DNA of 62,859 nucleotides, counting the filler. It is 12 parts of 12 records of this genome, joined end to end, with 100 filler letters (N's around TTAATTAATTAA, not from the genome) between each part and the next. Parts side by side here need not be neighbours in the genome. Positions count along the whole stretch, not along the records: positions 1 to 5,550 come from SRR7504441_2098; positions 5,651 to 14,909 come from SRR7504441_2103; 10 more parts are not named here. One strand, 5' to 3'. Below are positions 1 to 12,174 of this stretch, in pieces. Made by a program: the position numbers and the translations under genes. How positions within the stretch are numbered: the first letter of the stretch is position 1; every line of letters starts with the position of its first letter. The notes under the pieces are model-generated. The model saw only the letters and a list, made by a program, of their open reading frames with translations, was not told the DNA's origin and did not search any database.

Positions 1-15
1 TGAGGCACGGGGCAG

Positions 16-319
16 TTGAGGGACACGGCGGTGCGGTATGGAGACTACTGGCTGCCGGTGCCGCTGATGCTACAGGCGATGGCCACACGGAATCGGTAGG
101 CTGCAGGCTAACCCTAGTTAACGGGGCGAGCCCCGGGGCAGGAATGGAGCGAGCAGGGGCTGGGTGCTTGTGCAAGGGGCCGAACCGCTAGCTGGGGGGG
201 AGCCAGACAAGATAGCCGAGCTGGCCTTGGTCAACGAGGAGGACCTAGACCGGGTTGTGGAGGCCAGGCATGCGGACTGTCAAACTAGGAGCAATGCGGG
301 AAATGCATCTGCCGTTTGA
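16..319 (+). CDS. 3' fragment of a phytochelatin-synthase-like (papain-fold) protein
   Basis: Splicing GT-AG intron 96-141 gives LRDTAVRYGDYWLPVPLMLQAMATRNRNGASRGWVLV, resembling the PCS C-terminal 'D.AR.KY..HWVP...L..AM.T.....RG..L' segment. Stop TGA at 317-319; the 5' part lies outside the window. Confidence 0.4.
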
Positions 320-410
320 TGCATGTGGTCAATTCATAGTATAGCTACATAAATAATTAATTGCTACTACCGGTAGTCCTCAAGAGGCCAGCGGTTAGAA
401 CTTGAGCTAG

Positions 411-2042
411 CTAGAAGCCATCGCCCTTGGAACACCACCTCACAAGGATCGGGTCGTGGGGCTGCCCGGGCGCCCGCCCAAGCCGATGCACTGCCTCAGC
501 AGCAGTAGCCGTAACATACCGGTCCTTATCCTTCTCTAGCACTGCTGACAGTTCCGTGGTCAGCACATCCGCGGCACTTCCTCTCACCAGCCCCTTGGAA
601 ACCAACCTAACCAGAGCGTAGCACGCCGTAGCTCTCACCTCGTTATCAGGATCCTTCTTCACAACTGCCGTCAGAAGCGGCACCGCCTCCTCAGCTGATA
701 CACACCCAAGAGCCTCCGCTGCGGCCTGCCTCCTGGGCGCACAGCTCTTGGCCCAGTTGGCCTTGCTCCGCTCCAACACCGGCCACAGCACATTGACAGC
801 AGCCAGATGCTCATCCGGGTCACGGCTCAAGTCCAAGCAATGCCCCAGAGCCCCAATCGCCTGCGCTGAGCCGCGCACCGCGTCTGCGCGCGAGAGCAGC
901 CCGCCACATCCGCTAGCCCCCAGCGCGCATGCAGCATACATGAGCACACGGGACTGCTGCTGGCCCGGCTCTTCGCCCAGAGCGCACGCTAGGAGCGCTG
1001 CTAGCTCGGATCTGGCCTCGGGCGCGGCCCCAGCCGCCAGCGCATATGCCCCTCCTATCCTGGCTGGCTCCTCCGCAGTGGCGCCCTGGCTGGCCAGCTC
1101 GAGAATCGCAGCAAACACAGACGCAGCTGGCTCCTCGCCTGCGGGTACCTGGCTGCCGTCGAGCCAGCACAGCACATGGTCCCATACTGGGGCCATGTCC
1201 GGAGCCTGGCTGGCGTAACTGGACCAGTCAGCGGGACTGTCGGGCGCGGTAAGCGGGGCTGGTGGGGCAAGTGTCCTGCCAAACTGGAGCTTGAACATGA
1301 AACGAATCTTGTCCGGGTCGGCGCTGGCATTGGCCGAGCCTCGATGCCACAGGTCATAATGTATCTGCCCCTGTCTCAATACTGGCCCCGGGTTAAATTA
1401 CCAGGAATATACTCCCTGCCTGGCAGCTACATGAACTGGCCCGGGTGCCCCATCGCTCGGCCACCGACTCCTCGAGCTCACGCTCGGAGATCCGCGCCAC
1501 ACCGAACGGCTTGGCCCCTCCGTTATCTTTGTTCAAGTACTGCGAGGGCTCAATGGCCGGCAGCCCGCCGGACGCGCCTGGGTGCCTGGTAGAATCCCGG
1601 TGGGGCCCATCTCGAGGTCGGTGTCCTGTGGGAAGTAGAGCGCCATCAGCCAGTAGGGTGGGTGCTGCCGCCGTGCCCAGCCGGACGCCTCGTACGAGTC
1701 GCGATGCCAGGCCTGAGCTTTGTGCCCGCTTTGTGTGGCGTGGCAGAAGCGATGCGGATGCATCACGAAGTCCCCGCCGAGCAGCGACTGGAGCGCGCCG
1801 CGCACAGTGCTGCAGCGGACGAGCTCGGCCAGCTGCGGGATGGCGGGGAGGACATTGTTACCCAGCTGACCCACCCGTTTGGCTCCGAGCAGAGTCGCCT
1901 GCTCCAGGATCTGACGGTGCAACCCCTCGGCCTCGGGCTCGGGCGGCAGCAGCAGGAACCCGTTGACGATGAAAGACTGGAGCTGGTCGCGGGCCAGCGC
2001 GGTCCCGGAACCAGCACCCTCTGCAGCAGCCCCCCCAAGCAT
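411..2042 (-). CDS. PhyH-family (phytanoyl-CoA dioxygenase-like) Fe/2OG enzyme with C-terminal HEAT repeats
   Basis: ORFs 1533-2042 and 411-1379 are joined by small introns (e.g. GC-AG 1541-1578). Motifs: SFIVNGFLL, WHRDSY (HxD), YFPQDTDLEMGPTGILPGTQ, HYDLWHRGSAN (distal His), RFMFKLQF. HEAT-like units follow (RRQAAAEALG, DPDNEVRATACYAL, DKDRYVTATAAEAV). Confidence 0.8.
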
Positions 2043-2106
2043 CTCTGCTCCACCCGTGTGGGTTCTGGCGTGAACCCGACGAGATCATAACGGCTTTCAA
2101 GAGAGC

Positions 2107-4480
2107 ATGGGGGCTTGGAGTGACGAGGAGGACGAGGACTCAGACGCCTGGCGGAGCGACGACTCCGACGAGCAACCCGAGGAGCTGGCCGGCCCGGAGC
2201 AGCTGCCCGACGTATACCTGGCCGCCCGCCCAGTCGGCTGGCCGGCCGCGCCGATCAGCGAGCCCGAGGTGGTGCTGAGCGCCATGGAGCGCGTGATAGC
2301 CGAAGCGGGCGCCTGGAGCCAACAGACGGCCTGCTGCCGGCCGTGGCGGTGGAAGGCGCTCAAATGGATCTTGCGCGTGCACTGGGGCTGCGGTAACGTA
2401 GATCTGGCGGCCAGCACGCTCGAGCGGATCGCGGCTCGGAACGCAGGTGACCCGGCGCACTCGGAGGCTGGCGACAAGCTCCCGCGGCTGGTGGAGCAGC
2501 TGAGCAGTCTGAGCCCGCCGATGCACCAGCAGGCGCTCAATGCAGTCCAGCCGGATAGTCTGGGCCCCGCCTGCTGGCTCCGGCTCAACCTAGACTCGAC
2601 CATCTGGGTCATAGAGAACCAGGCCGCCGAGCTGCCTGCGGACCGGCACAAGGCGCTCGAGCGAATAGGCGCGATTTTGGACTGCGCTGACGCCGTGCTG
2701 GTGGAGCAGGCGAGTGGTTCTGAGACGGAGAGCTTCGGCCATAGCCAGTACCGGTTGGAGAGCTTCTGTTGCCGGGCCGAGGCACTGCTCCGCTGGTCGG
2801 GTGCCACCGAGTGGCTGCAGCACCTGCAGGCCAGTCACATCCCTGGGTGGACAACGCTCGCCGCAGCCGCGCCCCTGCTGGATTTGACTCTCACGCCGGC
2901 TCGCGTGACCGCCCTACTTAAGTTCGGGTTGGGCTGTCTGGCCGAGAGCGCAGGCGGCGGATTCCAGGCAAGCTTCGACCTGTTCGCAGCAGCCGCGGCG
3001 GTGTCTGGCGCACCGTTGCAGATCCGGATGGCGGCGCTGGAGCACGCGCTGGTATCGCGGATGCACATAGCATGGACAAGCCCAACGGCTCAATGCATTG
3101 AGGTGCTTGCGATCAATGGGATGCCTACCGCAGCGGACGTGGATCAATACCCGGATGTGGGCGCGCTGCTGCTGTTGGAGCGTGCAGTGGTTGCGGCTGA
3201 TCCTTTCTCGTTCAGCGTGCTGGACGGGCGATTGGTTACTCACCGGCTGTGGCATGGGGTCACTGTTAGGGCAGGGAATCGACTGGCTCTCCGCTGGACG
3301 CGCCACCTTGCAGGAGCCATACAAGGCGCTGCGCAATCTGATGCTCGGCAAGGTGCCTGACGCCCGGTACCTGGGCGAGTCCCGGGCAGGCCAGCCGTTC
3401 GGGGGTGGCGTATCCTGTAGGTACCGATCCGGAGACCGAGTGGCGGATGGAGCGACTGGCCGCGGTCTTGCTCAGCCCAAAGCACTGCACGGACACGGTC
3501 GACACTGACAGGCAGGTGGTAGAGATCGAAGAGATCCCGCAGTCGGAGCTGGATCGGGTGCTCACAGAGAGCGTGCCAGGGCTGGATCAACTGCTGTATT
3601 ATGGCAGCACTGGCGGGGTGGCTGGCCGGATCAGAGGTTTCGTGTTGGCCACGTGCAGGTGACTCCCTCACTAATAAACTGCTCAATTAGGCTGCCTAGA
3701 GTTAGAGCCAGGCCGCTGATTGGGCCGTGTAGAGACGGACTGCCCATGTTCCAAGACAACCCTCAGCTCAACAGTCAGTTCGTCCGGATGATCCGATTCG
3801 TCTTCCGCAAGGCGGCCGGACTGGGCCTGCCGGAGCGCTCCCGGCTGCTCCAGGAGCTGTGCAAGAGCTTTCAGGATTGCCAGATGGTGCAGGCTAGGAC
3901 GATTCAATCTTTGTACGATCAGCTGCTCGGCCGGAACCTGCAACGGCAGATACTGGCTCTAGTGGACAAACTCAAAGTAGACGAGACAGGGGTGCTCCGG
4001 CGGGTAGTGTATGCGCTGCATGGGTCGAACCACGGCGCCGCACTGCCTCATCTGGAGGCCGGGGTGGTGGCTGCGATCGGGGCGGTGCTGGGCCTGCCTG
4101 GGACCACTGCTGCCCAGAACGACAAGCACCGGACCAGCTGCGGTGAGGCAGGCAGGCATGTGGCCAAGTTCCGTGAGTTGTTCAGCGTGGACGAGCTGCT
4201 CGGCTGGTTGGTGGCCGACATCAACGGCACCGGGCCGGAGCGGATCGTCGAACACTCGGCGCTCGACAAGTTTGCCAAGCGTCTGGCCGAGCTGGGCGGG
4301 CCGGCCCGAGAGCTGGCGTACGGGCTGTTTTACGATGAGGACCAGCCCGAATTGTATGAAAGCCCGCCGAGAACGGAGGCCCAGCTAGAGCAAGAGGCCT
4401 ATTATCTGCACAAACGCGCAGCACTCGGGTTGCTAGAGTACGTGTTCCTGCCTGAGCAATTGGTACCGCTCTCGCCTTAA
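2107..4480 (+). CDS. Hypothetical multi-exon helical protein
   Basis: ORFs 2107-3360, 3405-3662 and 3653-4480 can be joined by short introns near 3271-3313, 3353-3389 and from 3659. Acidic N-terminus; stop TAA at 4480 followed by AT-rich 3' sequence. No family recognised. Confidence 0.55.
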
Positions 4481-4639
4481 TTAATAGTTACACTAGACTA
4501 GACATAAGTCATTGTATACAACTAGTCACTAGTATTAACCAAGTTTCCTTCGCGCGTTATCGTCGGCGGAAGGCACTGACGCCTGCAATAAAGCAATAAA
4601 ATTACGACTAGGCTACATATAGGCTACATTACAGCTACA

Positions 4640-5550
4640 TTAGAGGTCGGGTAATTCGAGCGTGTAGCTATCCATTTGTCTAAACGGCAGGATGTTGCCC
4701 TCCGCATCAAACTCGAGCGGATACCACACCGACTCATCTGACTTGAGCAAATACTGCCCGCCGCCTACCTGGCAAAGCGACGCATTCCCGGTCCCGGCAG
4801 GCGGGCCGTTGCTACAGATATCAGCGCATCCGGCAGGAAGATTGGGACCTGATAACCAGCGGCGGCCGAGGTATAGTATCTGAGTTGAGCCGTCCGCAAG
4901 TGGAATGAACGAGGGGCCCCACCACTGCGCGTTGTACACGAGCTGCCCAAAGCTCTCATCCCGGAGACTGTACGCCCCACAGATCTCTGCGGTGGCATTC
5001 CGGCAATTCACGTCAGGGTGTCGCTCCTGCCGCCTCCAGGGCCCGGCCACCGAGTCGGCCCTGAACACAACTTGGCCGCCGCCCTCGCTGCACCCACAGC
5101 AGCACGAGCCGTAGGTCAAATAGTAACCGCTGCCCTCTCGACTGAACAGCGAGGGCGACTCGACGAAATCGTCTGGGAATAGCCCAGTCACGTTGATCTG
5201 GGAACTCGACAAGAGGTCGGGTGCCATCTTCTCAACTGATACTATGTGCCCATAGCCATGTGCAACGTGCCCCGGCCATCCTCGGTGGCCGGGCTGATCA
5301 ATGCCGGGGGGAAACCCAGCAAAGGCTACGTACCCGCTCCCGTCTCGATCTACAAACAGGCCAGTCCCGTCTGTCGTGGTCGCGAACTGGCCTGGCACTC
5401 GTGAAAACCGGCTCCCAAAGTGCTGCCGCTCCGGTGTGAAATGGATCCCGTCCACGCTACTGGCCGTGCTCCATCCGCCGGCCCCGTACCACATGACGAA
5501 CCGGCCTTCGTGGTGAATGAGGTCCCTATAATCTGGAAATTGTGGACACA
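4640..5550 (-). CDS. Glycoside hydrolase family 43-like protein (5' truncated by contig end)
   Basis: Uninterrupted ORF with GLFVDRDGSGYVAF, SVEKMAPDLL, ESPSLFSREGSGYYLTYGSCCCGC, FRADSVAGPW, LYLGRRW and WYPLEFDAEG, typical of five-bladed beta-propeller GH43 proteins. Confidence 0.75.
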
Positions 5551-5650
5551 NNNNNNNNNNNNNNNNNNNNNNNNNNNNNNNNNNNNNNNNNNNNTTAATT
5601 AATTAANNNNNNNNNNNNNNNNNNNNNNNNNNNNNNNNNNNNNNNNNNNN
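5551..5650. other. Artificial contig linker (first of 11)
   Basis: N44-TTAATTAATTAA-N44, with stops in all six frames. Identical copies at 14910-15009, 18796-18895, 21926-22025, 25814-25913, 31537-31636, 37861-37960, 41885-41984, 47539-47638, 51364-51463 and 57737-57836. Confidence 0.99.
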
Positions 5651-5917
5651 AAAACACGGCTTGAGCAGCCTAAATTCATGACAAATAAAATTACATACAC
5701 ACGTGTACTATAGCTATAAACGCGATTGTCTCACCGTACGCGTCAGAAAGGCCGATTGATTTATTGGAGGGCGCGCTAAGTGACCGAAGGCAAAATCAAG
5801 GCAGCGTAGGCAGCTACAAGGCCGCGTAGGCCACACCGCCATGTAACCGCCATGTAGGCTTGAGGTAGGCTATAGCAAATGCTATAGAACTAGCGCGGCT
5901 GGAGCATTAGAGCTCCA

Positions 5918-6798
5918 CTATGCTGTGGGCTGTTGTGTCTTCGAGACTCTACGTGTCTTCGAGACTGTCCTCACCTTAGTAGTCTTCTTTTGAGTGACAT
6001 CGATGATGTCTTTCTCCGGTTCGAGCTCATGGCAGGGGGGCGCAGACGTCTCGGCAGATGCTTCGTCTGGGCTATCTTTGCTTGTCTCAATTTGCGTCAG
6101 TTTATGCTTCATAATGCCCTGAATCAATCTCAAGTTCTGTTTCGCATCAGACGCCAATCTATCACTTTCTTTTGCCTGTATCATCCAGTCATTCTTCAGC
6201 CCCGTTTCTTGGCGCGTTGCTGCAATCTGTTGTTCCAGTAGATCAGAGAGATTACCGACCGATCGTTCGAGGTCTTGCACCTACGACACACAGATTGCTG
6301 GTCAAGCATAGCATAGCTGTGATGGGTGACCTGGGACGAGAGTTGCACATTATGTTCTCTCTGCAACAATGCAGAGTGACTAAGCTCATTCAGCTGCCAG
6401 CACCAACAGATCAGAGTCAAAAACACTTCAGGTAAGAAATACACACCTTCCAAACCAGCAGCCTATTCTCCAATACAAGCCGCTGATTGGCTGCTTTCAA
6501 TCCTCCAACTGGAGCAGCAATGGCTGTATAGGGTGTAATAGCAATTTTTGCACTCCCATCGTGTCTGTGGGCTCAATTGTCCCGGCACCTTATCTGCAGC
6601 ACCCACTCCCACCTCGTTCCTAGGCACCCTCGCCGACACCTTGTCGTCGATTGCCACCTTCTCAGCAACCTCTGGTGCCTCCTCGGCTCGTTCTAGCGGC
6701 TCTGCTTCCGGCATTGCCTCCACCAGGGCCGCGTCTGGCGTGGCCAGGTCAGCAGTCAGCACGTCGTCACCTCCGCCGTGACCGCTTGGCGTTGCCAT
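5918..6798 (-). CDS. Hypothetical multi-exon protein with acidic N-terminus and coiled-coil C-terminus
   Basis: Same-strand ORFs 6463-7098, 6196-6453 and 5918-6280 (QDLERSVGNLSDLLEQQIAATRQ). Exon structure and start (6798 or 7298) are uncertain. Confidence 0.4.
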
Positions 6799-7590
6799 GG
6801 CCAACTGCTGACGCGCAATCGCCTGCCAGGCAGAGTGAGCTTCGCTCTCGGGGCTGGACTCACACTCTCTGCCCGCTCCAGCCGGTGGGTGAGCGAGCGT
6901 ACCTCCACACACCGACACCAACAGCCCCAGCCCCAGTCCAAAAGCCGCACCGACTGAGCCAACCGATTTAATATTAGTGGGAGCAGCGCCCCAGCTCTCG
7001 CCTCCACCCGACCAGCCCTGTCGGGGGTCCCCGGCCGGCTGTCTGTGTGGGCCGGCGTGATCAGGCCATCGGGGCGTCCGGGAGCACGCTGCTGGCATGT
7101 GCGGCTCAGCTCTGGCTGGAAACTCCCGATCACTGACCGAAAGCCCGACGGGCGGCTAATCAGTAATCGGGCGGAGGCGGCCCCAACTGGCCGGCTGACC
7201 AGCCCGGCGCCCGGGACGGGGCGTGTGCCGAGCAGCTGTACGGCAGTGAGCTCGGGGCGGGGATGGACCAGCAGCCCGGGGGCAGCGAATGGCTGCATGA
7301 TCGGCTCGCCCCCCTCGCCTCTCGCTAGATGCTCATCATTTTGTAAACGAACTGCAATTTAACGGGTCGTTTCGTGCCCACGGCCCAATGATGCATGCCA
7401 CTTCCGTCTCAATCATTGCGACCTCCTACGATGGATCGGCACCAATGCGGAGCTAGGGATCCCTACGCAAGCCAGATTCTTAGCCACACCTCCAAGTTAC
7501 CTCCAAGTGATTCAACAAGTGACGAAATACGAGTTTCAATCTCTACCAAGTTACGCGAGCTACAGTACCGTCTACTGCTATGCTGTGACG

Positions 7591-8271
7591 TCAATGGCAC
7601 AGCGTCATTTCTCCCAAGCCTAAAAGCTGGGTTTCATCGAGCCCTCCAACCTTTGAAATCACCTGGCAGGCGCGCCACGCGCGTTCGCCTCGCATGAGCT
7701 CAACCATCGTGATTGAGTGCTCCGGGTATCCACAATCCTTGATCAGGGCGGTTATCTCCAAAATACCCATCCCATGCAGCTCTAGAGCGCTTCTGAGCTC
7801 CGCCACTGGCAGAGTGCCACTGTCGTTGACGTCGATCTCGGCGAAGACTTCTAGTGCAGTCAAGTCCGATCGATACCCAGCTGTGCCGACCGTCGCCGGG
7901 CGGACGTCTGAGTGCGCGCGCTGTTTGCACAGCTTGACGGCCTTACTAAACTCTAGTAGCGTCACCCCGCCGTCCTCGCGCGCCGGGCCCAGCCTCTCCA
8001 GCAAAACGAGCAGCTGCTCCTGTGGCAGCCCTCGGCCCAGCCAGGCCCTCGGCAGCCAGCCATCGCCATTGGCCAACCCAGCAAACACCTGCCGCACAGT
8101 CAGCCGGGGCCTCTCTCGGCGCGGCACGTTGAGCGGCCGGCTTGCGGCGAGCCTCTCGAGCGGCTTGTGCACACTCGATCGGGACCAGCTCAGCCCCCGG
8201 TCTGGCTCCGGCAGGCCGCTGATCGGGTCAGCGGTCATCGGGCCGCAGGCGCCACTGCACCCGCAGCCCAT
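7591..8271 (-). CDS. EF-hand protein with N-terminal dual-acylation motif
   Basis: Starts MGCGCSG; EF loop FAEIDVNDSGTLPVAELRSAL plus degenerate EF-hands (FAGLANGDGWL, EDGGVTLLEF). The 3' end may be spliced differently. Confidence 0.65.
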   Translation of the reverse strand: MGCGCSGACGPMTADPISGLPEPDRGLSWSRSSVHKPLERLAASRPLNVPRRERPRLTVRQVFAGLANGDGWLPRAWLGRGLPQEQLLVLLERLGPAREDGGVTLLEFSKAVKLCKQRAHSDVRPATVGTAGYRSDLTALEVFAEIDVNDSGTLPVAELRSALELHGMGILEITALIKDCGYPEHSITMVELMRGERAWRACQVISKVGGLDETQLLGLGEMTLCH

Positions 8272-8390
8272 CCACCCCGCGCACTGCCCGCCGGCTCTCC
8301 CTGCACCTCTGCCGCCGCCCCGTGGAGCTCCTGCGCCCCTGGCGGCCCCTGGCAGATGACAGCGTGAGTCCCTGTGGGCGGACGTTGGGG

Positions 8391-9815
8391 ATGGGGAGCT
8401 CTGCGTGGGATCGGTGGCATCTGCGTAGAACCGGTGGCCATCGGGCCGCGCCGGTGTCTTCGGGAGTGCAGCACGGGGTGGTCAAGATCCACCTGTCCGA
8501 CCAGGGCTACGTCTCGCTGCTCTGCGGCCCGACCACCACCGCCGGCCCGCTCATCCAGCAGGCCCTAGACAAGCGACAGCTGCCCGGCTCGCCTGCAACC
8601 CACCAGCTGCTGGCCGGCCCGGATCCGATCGGCCCAGATCAACTCGTGGCCGGCCGCCTCCGAGCCGGCCAGAAGCTCAGCCTGGCCCCCCTGCCCGGCC
8701 AGGGCTCGGACCTCCAGGCCTTCAACTCCCAACCGGGGCCGGAGCTTGGGCCAGAACCGGGGCCAGAACCGGGGCAGGAACCGGGGCCGCTGGACAAGGC
8801 CGGGCTCAGCCCGCGCCGGCGCCTCATTTGGGGCGCCTGGCTGGGGGCTCGGCTGGAGGCTCTGGAGGACGAGCCCCAGTCGCCGTTTGGGCGAGATCAG
8901 CTGCTGCGGCTGGCTAGGGCCGGGGATAGGGAGGGCGTGGCACGGCAGCTAAGCAAGCCGGACGCCCGGCGGGAGTGTGGCCGGCCGGGGGAGACCAGCC
9001 CGCTGATGGCGGCCGCATTTGGCGGGCACGCAGGGGTGGTGGACGAGCTGGTCGCGTGTGGAGGGCTGGACGTTCAGGATGCGGACGGGACCACCGCGCT
9101 GATCTTGGCGGCCTCGAGCGGTCACCTGGATGTCGTGGTGGCCCTGCTCGCGGCCGGCTGTGACCCCAACCTGGCGGATAGTGACAGGACCACTGCGTTG
9201 ATAGCTGCCGCCTGGGAGGGTCATTCGAGCGTGCTGCTGGCGCTGATACGGAGCGACGCACTGTTAGATGTTCAGGATGCGGGAGGGAGCACAGCGCTGA
9301 TAGCGGCGGCTACGAGCGGGCACCTGACGGGAGCGATGCACCTTGTGGGCGCTGGGGCGAGGACCGAGCTGAGGGATCTCCGAGGGGATACTGCCGAGAC
9401 CGCAGCGATGGCCGGTGGGCACTACGACATCGCCACTGTTTGCCACCACACGCCCGCGAAACAGCTAGGCCAGGAAACCGATGTCCAAAATGAGCTCGAG
9501 GCAACGGAAGCCGTCCCCGGATGGTTCGGAGGGGCGCACGAGCTTTTCTCAACTCAGGTGTACAAGAGAGTGCTATCAAAGGCTGGCAAAATCAGCAGTC
9601 CGGCCGCCTACAAGCAGTTCAGAGTAGCCCAAAGAGAAGGCAAGAGCGGGGCTACAGCCAGTCCGATGATCGATTGCAAGAAAGGCATAGGGAAAGCGGA
9701 TTCGGAGAACGAGGCCGGCCACAAGGGTGCACGCGCTCACCGGACGAAGAAAAGCTCAAAGAAGAGGGCGGAACCGCGAGATCAAGATCTAGACCCTAAC
9801 TTAGTTGAGATCTAG
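8391..9815 (+). CDS. Ubiquitin-like/Ras-association-like domain plus ankyrin repeat protein
   Basis: VVKIHLSDQGYVSLLCGPTTTAGPLIQQAL (RA-like), then 4-5 ankyrin repeats (GETSPLMAAAFGGH, DGTTALILAASSGH, DRTTALIAAAWEGH, GGSTALIAAATSGH). Confidence 0.8.
   Translation: MGSSAWDRWHLRRTGGHRAAPVSSGVQHGVVKIHLSDQGYVSLLCGPTTTAGPLIQQALDKRQLPGSPATHQLLAGPDPIGPDQLVAGRLRAGQKLSLAPLPGQGSDLQAFNSQPGPELGPEPGPEPGQEPGPLDKAGLSPRRRLIWGAWLGARLEALEDEPQSPFGRDQLLRLARAGDREGVARQLSKPDARRECGRPGETSPLMAAAFGGHAGVVDELVACGGLDVQDADGTTALILAASSGHLDVVVALLAAGCDPNLADSDRTTALIAAAWEGHSSVLLALIRSDALLDVQDAGGSTALIAAATSGHLTGAMHLVGAGARTELRDLRGDTAETAAMAGGHYDIATVCHHTPAKQLGQETDVQNELEATEAVPGWFGGAHELFSTQVYKRVLSKAGKISSPAAYKQFRVAQREGKSGATASPMIDCKKGIGKADSENEAGHKGARAHRTKKSSKKRAEPRDQDLDPNLVEI
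8739..8786 (+). repeat. 12-bp coding tandem repeat (PEPG-type)
   Basis: ccggagcttggg-ccagaaccgggg-ccagaaccgggg-caggaaccgggg. Confidence 0.85.
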
Positions 9816-10047
9816 CGCAACAAATACTAAAATTAATTCTAAGCTGTAAGTTTAGCTGGACTCATGAATGCTGAAGTCAATCCATGAGTCAATCTCAAGA
9901 GCTCTATAATTATATAGTTCGAATTCCTAGCCGGAATCAATGTTCGTAATGTACACAACCACGCAACATGCCAGCAAATACAAATGGCAAATGCTGTGCG
10001 ACTAGCTGAAAATCAGCTTGCTGCTCACGAGAACGCCCGGTGATACG

Positions 10048-11406
10048 CTAAATGCCCCGTAAAAGCGCCCCGTCACTTGGCTCTAAGATCTCTTCGCCCC
10101 ATTTGGTCAGATACTGCTTCATCTGGAACTTGACCTGACCACGACCAATCACCCCCCCCCCCCGCCCAACGGACAAACCCTCGAGTGCACCACCGATGAG
10201 GCGTAGGTCAGCCCGAGTATCACGAATATCCGTAATATCCTGCTATCTGGCCTCTCCCAGTCAGCTTAATTAGACAGCGCGCCGCACCGTTTGCAAATAT
10301 GGTGATCACCAGCCCTCGGTAGTCGAGTGTCTCGTTACAATACCTGCCGCCGCTCCCCAGGCCCCGGCCGGCCCGGCACCGCTCGTACGCGTCCATCACT
10401 AGCCCTCCCGCCCCCAGCAGCAAGAGCCCTGCAGCCCGCTCCAGCAGCCGGCACGCTCGGCCAAAGCACCGCCCAGCATCCCGTCGAGCACCGGGGTCCA
10501 GAACCAGCGGATGGGCGCGGCCTGAGCCGGCCAAAAGTCGATTAACTCATAGAACGGGTCGAATGCTGTGCTCCAGCGCAGCCATACAGCCAAGCAGTGC
10601 AGCACCATCCCAAGCCCGAGCGTCATCTGCGCAGGCTCAGCCCGGGGGGCAGGGGCAGCCGGACCAGCACTACCACGAGCAGCGTGCCGGCCAGGTGTGT
10701 CCGGTCCGACTGGAGGATCTGAGACCACTGGGTCCGCCGGAGGTTATATCTATAGCCCCAGCACACTCAGGCACGGACCGCCCCCCGGGGCACCGGTAGC
10801 CACACACGTCGCACTGCCAGAACGAGACGTTGCTCGAGCTGCCGGCCGGTCAGGCTTGGCCGGGCCGGCGGGGGTCGCCTCTGGGCCCGCCACTGGTTCA
10901 GACATTCCACGTGCACGAATTTGCTAGACCCCCGGCACTGCCCCCCGGGGCTGGCCGGGCGGCGAGCAACGGACACAAACCATGCACGGCGAGATCAGCT
11001 GGCCGCCACCGTCCAGGCAGATCCTGCAGATCCGGGGCTCGCCCCCACCGGTCGTCGCCGGTAGCGGCGGTAGGGGCGGGGCGCTCGGTGCGGCGGCGGG
11101 CTCCGGCTCGGGGGCGGACGGGGCCGGCTTGCGGACCATGTAGATGACCACCCGCCGGCCGCCGGCCGCCGGGACCGCAGCGGCGAGCAGGGCGGCCGGC
11201 TGGTCGAGCACGGCGCCCCGGTAGATGATCACCAGCCGGCTTGCGGCGCACCGCTCGTGCAGGGCGAGCAGGTCGGCCAAGTCGGCCACCGTGGCCGTTG
11301 GGGGCAGGCTCAACTGGACGGAGGTGCCCTCGACGGTCCGGGCCTCCAGCCGGAGCGGCGAGCTGCCCTCGGGGCTCAGCCCAGGTGTTGAGTCACCCTC
11401 TTGCAT
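10048..11406 (-). CDS. Ubiquitin-like domain plus RING-CH (RINGv/MARCH-type) membrane E3 ligase
   Basis: N-terminal Ubl (LEARTVEG..TATVADLADLL..RLVIIYRGAVL). Spliced RING-CH CRICLDGGGQLISPC-CRGSSKFVHVECLNQW...WQCDVCGYR, then hydrophobic segments. Last exon VKFQMKQYLTKWGEEILEP...GI* with TAG at 10048. Confidence 0.85.
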
Positions 11407-11523
11407 GCAAGTGATGCAACAACTTGCTTTCCGTTGAGAGCACGCCCAGCCAGCGGGGCCACCACTGCCACCACCGAGCACCCGGGCGGGACAGGGCTGC
11501 GCGGGCCGGGGCCGGGCGGCGGG

Positions 11524-12174
11524 ATGGTGCGGGGCGGGGTGCGGCTGCGGCGTCCGACGGCGGCCGGGGCAGATCAAGTTTATCCTGATGGTCAACAAGC
11601 AGGGCCAGACCCGGCTGTCGCAGGTGGACGGCAGTCGACGGCCAGGCCTGACCGGCCGGGGGGGGGGCAGTACTATGATTACCTGTCGATCGAGGAGCGG
11701 AACGCGATGGAGTCCGAGATCATCCGAAAGTGCCTCTCGCGCAACGAGCTGCAGGTGCGCTCGGGGCTGCGACAGAGGCGGCTGAACCACAGTGCAGTGC
11801 TCGTTCGCAGAGTATAGAAACTATAAAGTCATCTACAGGCGGTGCCCCGGCAGCCGGAGGGGGGTGGCCCAGCGGGGCGCAGGTACGCTTCGCTGTTCTT
11901 TATCGTGGGGGTGGACGGAGACGACGAGAACGAGCTGAGCATTTTGGAGTTTATTCACGCGCTGGTGGAGACGCTCGACCGTTACTTCGAGAACGTGTGC
12001 GAGCTGGACATCATGTTCAACCTGGAGAAGGCCCACTTCATTCTGGACGAGATGGTCCGTTGGCTTGCGTGCTCATCCGTTGAGAGCTGTGGGCAGGTGA
12101 TGAACGGTTGCATCGTGGAGACCAACAAGGCGAACGTGCTCAACCCGCTGCTCACCATGGAGAAGAACGCCTGA
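11524..12174 (+). CDS. AP4S1: AP-4 adaptor complex sigma subunit
   Basis: Five GT-AG introns (11527-11572, 11624-11670, 11755-11797, 11842-11882, 12055-12096) give [22 protein letters not shown]...[36 protein letters not shown]...[37 protein letters not shown] and MNGCIVETN are typical of sigma-4. Confidence 0.93.

Noticed and set aside
5805-5875. Short direct repeats (accgccatgta x2, gtaggc x4) and similar 3'-region repeats at 4610-4640 and 27469-27512
   Set aside because: Low-complexity 3' UTR slippage repeats without spacers, TIRs or conserved periodicity.
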